Below the pieces are notes generated by a model. That model was not told where the DNA came from and searched no databases. It was given only the letters and a program-made list of their open reading frames with translations. A program made the translations under genes and the position numbers. This document shows positions 46,278-53,933 of a stretch of 53,933 bases of DNA, piece after piece. Source of the DNA: Octopus sinensis (Eukaryota); the NCBI RefSeq assembly GCF_006345805.1, contig NW_021835412.1:1-53933 (forward strand). Direction: 5' to 3'. Position 1 is the first letter of the stretch; each line of letters begins with the position of its first letter.

Positions 46278-48420
46278 ATAACTTTAGTGGTTCTGCGAGT
46301 GCTGCCTTCACGGGTAATCCAGGGATGAGATTGAGAACATCCTCACTAACTACAGACTGCTGATTCAAAAGTTCATCAAAGTGTTCTTGCCAACTTCGCA
46401 GAATTCCTTGTGAATCACGAAGAAGTTCTTTACCATCCCTGCTTCGAAGTGGTGTCATCAGAGAAGACGTCGGTCCATAAACTTCTCGCAAGAGACCATA
46501 CAACAGCTTTGTGTTATTGGAATCCGACGCCACCTGTATCTCATCAGCCCTCTTACTCCACCACGTATCCCTCATCTGAGAGAGCCTTCGCCTCACACGT
46601 GATTTTACATCCTTGAGTTCCCTATGAAACACTTCCCTTTCCTGTGGCTTTGATGACAAATAGCGTGACAAAGTACGTCTTTTATCAGCTAATAAATCAT
46701 CTATATATTCATCACTTTCTTTAAAGCAATCTTGATGCTTTCTTGGTATCAATCCCAGAACTTTCTTGCCTATATCATAAACTGACTTTTTAAGGGTCGG
46801 TCAATCCTCTCCAATATCTGCAGCATTCATTCTTCTCGTAAAGTTCTCTTCACGCTATTACACCTAAGACGATCAACATTCAGTCTTTTAGGCAGGGTAA
46901 TCCCTGCATCCTGGATTTTATGTTTTGTGACTAATTTCACTTTTGCACGTACTAGGCGGTGGTCAGTCCAACACTCAGCTCCACGAAGAACACGAACACA
47001 CTGCACATCCTGTCTGTCACGCACCTTAACAAGGATGTAATCCAGAATATGCCATTCTTTAGATGCAGGGTGCATCCATGTGGTCTTAAACTTATTCTTT
47101 TGTTGAAACATAGTTTTGCTAACACACAGACGCAGCTCCTCACACATCTGCAGCAAAAGCATGCCATTACTATTACACTTTCCCATCCCATGCTTTCCAA
47201 TTACAGTCCATGTGTTAAAATCCCTACCCACTCTAGCATTAAAGTCACCCAGTACGATGACTTTGTCAGCCCGTCTGCCCGAGGGATAGTTCTTATAATG
47301 CTCTTCAAAGCATGGTAGAAAGAAATTTTTTCGTCATCAGTATAGCACATAGTTGGAGTATACACACTCACCAAGGTCACATAATTTCCTTTAACCAAAA
47401 GAATTCTCATGGACATAAGACGCTCGTTAATTCCGCCTGGGAATTCTTCCAACTTGTCCACAAGAGTTGTCTTAACAGCAAATGCTACTCCAGCCTCTCC
47501 TCTAAACTCTTCATTCCTCCCTTTCCAAAAGAACGTATATTTTTCACAAGATTCTGTAAGATGACCATCTCCAGGTAATCTCGTCTCAGATAAAGCAACA
47601 ATGTCAAGATCATAGCGTTGAAGCTCCTTCACAACAAGCGCAGTCCTGCACTCAGGACATTCATAGGACTTGCGGTCAAGTAGTGTCCTTACATTACAAC
47701 AGCCAATATTCAATATTTTATTTTGTTCTATCACAGTAGCATGATGACGGCCGGGTTCAGACTGTGATGCTCTGGAGCCCCTGCCGGGCCAGACTCTTTC
47801 ATCTGATGTGGTTCCAGAGTCCTTACTGCGATTTATTTTTATACTGTTTTGGTACATCATTGATTATTTGCATTTTTTAAGGCTACAGCCAGCCATTCAG
47901 TTGAGACTCACAGCACTATCAATAATCATGAATTAGTTAATCAATTTAATAAATCAATCAATCAATCAATATTGTTATTATGCAATGCCTGTGCAAGAAG
48001 ATTTTTTTTAAAGTGAGGAAAGGCTGTGCACTGAGTCAGTCCCACTCACTAAGCAACAGCAGCTATAATCCGAAAAGAAGAACAAGTTAACATCATCGGT
48101 AACCACTGAGCCGCAGGTTTTTATGTCGGAGTTATCCCAGTTACCTGAGTTACCTTCTCCTACAAGGATGCCTAACAAAGGCTCGGAGTCCTTCACTCCC
48201 AATGGTTTAACCACGCGATCGGGTATTCAGTCTGTTGACTCTCAAGAGTTCCTCCGCCCTTTGACGGGTTTTGTTTTTCATCCCGCAGGGTGTCCAATAA
48301 ACACCCTCCTCACCAAACAAGCTTGGTGGGTTTGCCGGTATAGTCGCCGACGGCCCGACCATGCAACAGGCTGTACCGGGTTACATGTTACCAGTAGCAC
48401 TTGAAAGTGACCTGACCATA
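46276..48420 (-). mobile_element. RTE (BovB-like) LINE 5' half: 5' UTR + AP endonuclease, RT half missing
   Basis: LNIGCCNVRTLLD...RTALVVKELQRYDLDIVALSETRL...GVAFAVK...VSVYTPT...LGDFNARVG...TWMHP...HILDYILV...ECWTDHRLV; frameshifts; ends abruptly at (TAA)n. Confidence 0.9.
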
Positions 48421-48443
48421 ACATACATACATACATACCCTAC

Positions 48444-48499
<56 letters not shown>

Positions 48500-48503
<4 letters not shown>

Positions 48504-48708
48504 GAGACTAGGGTGTTATGAAACACCTACATTGCAGAAATAAGAGCTAAAGCGCTCTAATCCTGTAGTTAACGCACATGCGCTTTTTGGACGATTATGG
48601 TCCCTGTTAGTGCATATATTTTCATTCATGTGCGTTAACTACAACATTAGAGCAGTTTAGCTCTTATTTCTAGCAGTGTATGTGTTTCCTAACACCCTAG
48701 TCGCATTT
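48500..48708. mobile_element. About 210-bp MITE with about 80-bp imperfect TIRs inserted at (TA)n
   Basis: aaatgagactagggtgtta...gtagttaacgcacatg / catgtgcgttaactac...taacaccctagtcgcattt. Confidence 0.8.
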
Positions 48709-49092
48709 ATATGTGTGTGTGTGTTGTGTATGTGTGTGTGTGCGTGTGTGTGTGTGTGTGTGTGAATAGAATGTATAAAGAAAGACTGCTAAAGCCTGAA
48801 CAGAATTGTTTTGTGGTTCGAGAGAGAGAGAGAGAGAGAAAAAATGTTAGAGAAAGGGAAAGAGGGGGGGGGGAAATAAGAGAAGAACAGACGGAGTGTT
48901 GGGAGGGGGGAGAATACATGACAAATCGAATTTATCAAATGCCAGCAATTCAACCGTGTCTTTCGTGTGAGTGTGTGTTTGTGTGGTGTGTGTGTGTGTG
49001 TGCATGTGTGTGTGTGTGTATGTGTGTGTGTGTTGAGTGAGTGTGTGCGTGTCTGTGTGTGTGCGTGCGTTTGTGTGTGTGTGTATGCGTGT

Positions 49093-49123
<31 letters not shown>

Positions 49124-49589
49124 GTGTGTTCCTTTGTCTGTATGTGTGAGACAGTCGATCTTCGGTTGTTGACAGGATAATGTGAACGGCAACAAACATA
49201 ACGTAAACGTCGTAAACGAAATTATATCTAAATTTGTGAATGCTTAGCACAAAAAAAAGGGATTTCTTTTCTATTCTCCATTATTTTGTTGTTCCTGTTG
49301 TTGCTGTTGTTTTAGTTGTGGTGGTGGCGGTGGTGGCAGTAGTTTTTTTTTTTTTTTTTTTTTTCGTTGATAAAATACCTGTAGACTGATGAGGTGTTTG
49401 TTATTTGGAGAAGGGAGGTATGTATAAAAAGATAAATTAGAATATATTACATTCCTCAGTGTAATCTCAAAAACAGAAATAAAGAAAAGCATATTTTCCG
49501 ATTAAAAGGATGACTGCCTTCACTTCCTCCACCACCTTCCTCCTACTCGTTCTCCCCCCTCCTCTGCGTCATCATCATTCTATTATGTT

Positions 49590-49624
49590 TTCATAGTAAT
49601 TATTATTATTATTATTATATTATC

Positions 49625-49658
<34 letters not shown>

Positions 49659-49754
49659 CCATCATCATTATTATTATTATTTTATTATATTATTATTATT
49701 ATTATTATTATTATTTTATCATTATCATATCATTATCACCATCATCATCTCATC

Positions 49755-49797
<43 letters not shown>

Positions 49798-49854
49798 TGT
49801 TATTATTATTATTATTTTATCATTATCATCACATCAATCATATCATCATTATCA

Positions 49855-49894
<40 letters not shown>

Positions 49895-49898
49895 CATC
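49590..49898. repeat. Degenerate (TTA)n/(TCA)n tract
   Basis: Directly visible. Confidence 0.9.
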
Positions 49899-50452
49899 GA
49901 GTGAGAGAGAGAGCAGTGCATGCCATCAAAGTGACACTGGGGTAAAATATACGAAGCCCAGTATACCCATCATGACTACCCGTCTGATAAAGGTACACCA
50001 GGTCACATGCATCACAACCATATCTGCGCGACATGGTGATCTCATATCAAGATAAACAGCACATGACCTTGCATGTGTGGGCCAGTTAGAATTTTCTTCT
50101 GATCGAGTAGCCCATCCCGCTCAAAAGGTCCCTGAATAAGGGTTGTTTAAGGATGTTGAACGAAACACTTTTTTCTAGAGGTGAATTATTCAAACCCCAA
50201 AGAATCCCTCTCAACACATGGCTATGATGCTCCCCCACTACTTCTGCTCGTGATCAGAGATGCATATATCGTCAGCCACTAAGGGACATGCTCAACTCAT
50301 TATGGTCAAACAACTGACAAGCAAGTCTGTGATATTGAGCAGAATATTTGCTGTAGCCCATCTTTTTACTAGACAAAACAATGTACATGATAACGCTTCC
50401 AATCAGTAAGATCAGAAGCCATGAGAGCCACTGTCTGGTACTGATCAGGGCA
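49899..50452 (-). mobile_element. Family D copy, longest (about 554 bp)
   Basis: gagtgagag...gtactgatcagggca, with (TTA)n on both sides. Confidence 0.88.
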
Positions 50453-50608
50453 TTATTATTATTATTATATTATTATTATTATTATTTTAATATTATTATT
50501 AATATGATTATATTATTACTACTACTTACTACCACTACTACTACTACTACTACTATACTATACTACTACTACTATACTACTACTAATACTACTACTACTA
50601 TTATTATT

Positions 50609-50873
50609 GAGTGAGAGAGCAGCAGTTCATGCCATCAAAGTGACACTGGGGTAAAACATACGAAGCCCAATATACCATCATGACTACCGTCTGATAAAGG
50701 TACACCAGGCACATGCATCAACAACCATATGTGCGCGACATGGTGATCTCATATCAAGATAAACAGCACATGACCTTGCAGGTGGGGCCCAGTTAGAATT
50801 TTCTTCAGGTTGAGTAGCCCATCCTGCTCAAACGGTCCCTGAATAAGGGTTGTTTAAGGATGTTGAAAGAACC
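50609..50873 (-). mobile_element. Family D copy, heavily 5'-truncated
   Basis: Same fixed end; truncated at gaaagaacc into (TTA)n. Confidence 0.88.
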
Positions 50874-50898
50874 ATTATTATATTATTATTATTATTAT

Positions 50899-51078
50899 CA
50901 TTTTATTGTCTTTGCATAGCTTCTAACGCTGGAGATGTACTATGGTGCCACCTGTTCACTACCAGTGAACTAAACTAACACCTCTTATTTTTCCAGCACC
51001 ATCTGGAGTATTCGAGCGGTTCCTACTAGTGCTGTTTTCTGCAAGTGCTCCACCCTTAATGCAGCCCTTATTTGTTCT
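50899..51078 (-). mobile_element. R4/Dong 3' tip (subfamily e)
   Basis: Minus strand EQIRAALRVEHLQKTALVGTARILQMVLEK* plus 3' UTR followed by (TAA)n. Confidence 0.75.
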
Positions 51079-51084
51079 ATGTAC

Positions 51085-51322
51085 TTCTCACGATTTTTAC
51101 TCACAAAGTAGATGTAGGGTTTTTTAAATCAAAGCTGGACCTCTTCCTGTCGAGAGTCCCAGATGAACCTACCTCACGGCAAGAGGTGCAAATGAGGGTA
51201 GCTTTATCAAACTCCATGCTTCACCAAGTGCCACATATTAGAGGAGGCTCTTAGTAATAAGAGTGTAGCAAAACGGCGGTGCATCAGCATGGCCACAGCT
51301 CTGAGCTGAAACTAGAGAAATA
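51085..51322 (+). mobile_element. CR1-like LINE 3' tip
   Basis: VDVGFFKSKLDLFLSRVPDEPTSRQEVQMRVALSNSMLHQ; 3' UTR ggcggtgcatcagcatggccacagctctgagctgaaac. Confidence 0.75.
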
Positions 51323-51460
51323 ATATATATATTATATATATATATATATACATAGTATATATATATATATATAATATATATATATACAATATATATATAT
51401 ATATATATACATATATATAATATATATATATAGATATATATATATATATAATTATATATC

Positions 51461-51491
<31 letters not shown>

Positions 51492-51583
51492 CATAACACC
51501 ACACACACACATATATATATATATATATACATATATATATAATATATATATATTATATATATAGACATATATATATATATATA

Positions 51584-51781
51584 TTTTCGAAAAATTTGAT
51601 CCTATATTAGTATATATATATAAATACATCTAATATAGGATCAAATTTTTCGAAAAAATTCTATCAATGGCCAGCATATAAAAAAGACCTTTAAATGTTA
51701 AATTTAGAAACAGCTTATAAACAAGGGCAAAAGAGAAAAAGGGAAAAATTAGAATTTTTCTCTTTTGCCCTTGTTTATAAG
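51584..51781. repeat. Two adjacent perfect 27-bp inverted repeats
   Basis: 51584-51610/51630-51656 and 51714-51740/51755-51781. Confidence 0.9.
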
Positions 51782-51786
51782 TTATT

Positions 51787-51824
<38 letters not shown>

Positions 51825-52024
51825 AAGAGGTGAGGACCGAAATCCTTCAAAGGAATGTCAAACATCCAAGTACGCCGGTACACTCCAAGTAAAGAATATA
51901 TATAAAATGTATATATTCAGTATTTGCAAAAACCATTAAATGAAGCGTAAGGAAAGGAAAAATCGTTTACGGTTACAGCAGTATTATAAGTGGATCACAG
52001 AAACAACAGCTCAACCGTTCAGAT

Positions 52025-52420
52025 GAAAATGTGATATATCTCGACTTCGTCAGAGCCTTCGACCGAATCGATCACGTAACGATCACACCATCTTCGTCCA
52101 GAGTAAGAACCCAATACTGTAACAACTTAAGGATCAAAGGCCTGCAACTTTTCAACACATTGCCAAAATGCCCACGAAGATTTAGGTGGTGTAAGTGTAG
52201 AAACATTCAAAGAACATTTAGACATTTCTATTTGATATAACAGATGAATCCATATCACGGCACGAAACCCTAAAGAAGGGTAGTTCTGTCCAACTCAGTA
52301 CTTCACCAAAACCGATTCCTTTGACAAGACTGGGAGGTGGGCCCAAAGTGAATTAGTATTAGCGCTAATGGCAATACACCAGAATGGCTACACTCACTGC
52401 ATGAAGCCGAAAAGAGAATA
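52025..52420 (+). mobile_element. CR1-like LINE remnant with large internal deletion
   Basis: VIYLDFVRAFDRIDH (RT) joined within about 30 nt to RIKGLQLFNTLPK (C-terminal region). Confidence 0.65.
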
Positions 52421-52643
52421 AAAACATGGCGCTTCCTAATAATTGCTGCTTAGTTGAATCGAACCTGGCACCACATGGGCATGCTCTACTTATAATCGGG
52501 TCCAAACTTTAAAATTGCGTGATCATTTTCCACTTTCTCTCCCACTCTCTTTCTCTCTCTCTCTCTCAGATTAAACACCATTAATAAAATGAAAGAGAGA
52601 TATTTTAAGCAAACTTGAAAACAGAAAATAGAATAAAAATATT

Positions 52644-52732
52644 AAGTGTCTTCTGCTATAGCCTCGGGCGACCAATGCCTTGTGAGTGGATTTGGTAGAT
52701 GGAAACTGAAAAATCCTGTCGTATATAGTGTG

Positions 52733-52789
<57 letters not shown>

Positions 52790-53031
52790 GTGTGTGTGTG
52801 TGTGTGTGTGTGTGGTAGGTTGTGTGTCTGTGTTTGTCCCTCTAGCATTGTGACAACGAAGCTGGTTGTGTTTACGTCCCCGTCACTTAGCGGCTCGGCA
52901 AAAAGACACCGATAGAATAAGTACTGGGCTTACAAAGCAAGTCCCGGGGTCGATTTGCTGGACTAAAGGCGGTGCTCTAGCATGGCCGCAGTCAAATCAC
53001 TGAAACAAGTAAAAGAGTAAAAGAGAAAGAG
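52644..53031 (+). mobile_element. SINE family B, 5'-truncated
   Basis: aagtgtcttctgctatagcctcggg...ctgaaacaagtaaaagagtaaaagag. Confidence 0.88.
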
Positions 53032-53056
53032 TATATATATATATATATATATATAT

Positions 53057-53270
53057 TGGTTGGTTGGTTGGTTGGCATCCTTTTTGTCTCGGAGACAATG
53101 GAGTTGCGCATAAAATAGTCTAGTCCGACTTTTACATTTCATGTCCTAATACTAATACATTTCCTGCTGTGGCTGTGTAGTCCTATCCTGGACAAACACT
53201 CCCTCTGGCAGGTGCCGCAAATGTAGCGAAGACTGTTCCTGGTTGGTTAGAATGTCAGTTTCTTGTTGAC
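53057..53270 (-). mobile_element. RTE LINE 3' tip
   Basis: Minus strand YICGTCQRECLSRIGLHSHSRKC (RTE C-terminal zinc-finger-like motif), short 3' UTR, (CCAA)n tail. Confidence 0.8.
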
Positions 53271-53419
53271 GTCTTTTCTTGTCTTGTCATTTCTCCTCTC
53301 TCTCTGTCTCTCTCTCTGTCACTCCTTTGTGTTCCCTCTTTTACGGAATATGACAAGGCTGGCCCTTTGAATTATAGGAACAACTTTCAACTTCGGCACC
53401 TCTCCCGGCACCTGGAGCA

Positions 53420-53510
53420 ACGTGAAAAGGCACATCATGCCACCGAGAATCGAACTTACAACCTTACATGAATCGAATAATACCCTAACCGCTAAGCCAC
53501 GCACCTTCAC
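53420..53510 (-). mobile_element. SINE family C-type tRNA head, diverged
   Basis: Minus strand gtgaaggtgcgtggcttagcggttagggta...aagttcgattctc, as at 1261. Confidence 0.6.
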
Positions 53511-53575
53511 CCTCGACCCCACCCCCCACACACACCAAGTGACAAGGTCGTAAAGCGTGGTAGACATCCATGTAG

Positions 53576-53726
53576 GCATTAGCGTAGCTAGTGTGCCGCC
53601 CGGGATGGCCCTTCCGTTTGCCGCCTCCGGACCCCACAAGAAGCACATATTACCTCTACAGCAGACCCAAAAGTGCCGCCCGGGGTGGACCACCCCTACC
53701 GCCCACCTCCCTAGCTACGCTTGTGC
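53576..53726. mobile_element. 151-bp GC-rich MITE-like element
   Basis: TIRs gcattagcgtagctag / ctagctacgcttgtgc; ATGTAG duplicated at 53570-75 and 53727-32; internal gtgccgcccggg x2. Confidence 0.6.
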
Positions 53727-53933
53727 ATGTAGTAGTTGTTGCCTCTCGTGCCTTTGTTTTTCGTCCTTTCGGAGACTACAATTAAAGGCCAGCACTAGAG
53801 TCGTTTCTTCTTCCCACCCTCTCACATATTTCTCTGAAAGAAAAGGGTGCTGACCAGACCTCGAAAATGACGGCTCTCCGTTAGGTTAAAAAATATCGAA
53901 AACACGCTTTGTCACTCTTCCTTACATTAATTC

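Overview
This is repeat-saturated, AT-rich, non-coding animal DNA. The SINE/LINE repertoire and microsatellite load point to an Octopus (coleoid cephalopod) intergenic or large-intron region; the species call is inference. I recognise no intact host protein-coding gene, rRNA, true tRNA or CRISPR array, and nearly all supplied ORFs are microsatellite artefacts. The window holds about 30 tRNA-derived SINE copies (families here called A, B, C, E). It also holds decayed LINE fragments: R4/Dong (CCHC + restriction-like endonuclease), RTE, CR1 and Penelope-like elements (PLE). DNA transposons include a full-length Chapaev3-type element with a TTA target duplication, a Tc1 remnant, a non-autonomous Helitron, several MITEs and two long foldbacks. 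Four signals stand out. (1) Five families of short elements carry hammerhead ribozyme motifs: one complete core at 4341-4407 whose helix III was built by an 8-nt self-duplication, one with a compensatory U3-A8 core, and three degenerate ones. (2) An ORF-less ~555-bp element ('family D', 4 copies) inserts into (TAA)n with the same polarity as R4/Dong LINEs and has a partial HDV-like pseudoknot at its 5' end. (3) SINE-A concatemers share an identical 184-bp junction at two loci, one carrying an 11-bp TSD. (4) Different retroelement groups appear to partition (TAA)n, (TACA)n and (TA)n microsatellites as targets. All structure calls were made by eye and need computational and experimental checks.
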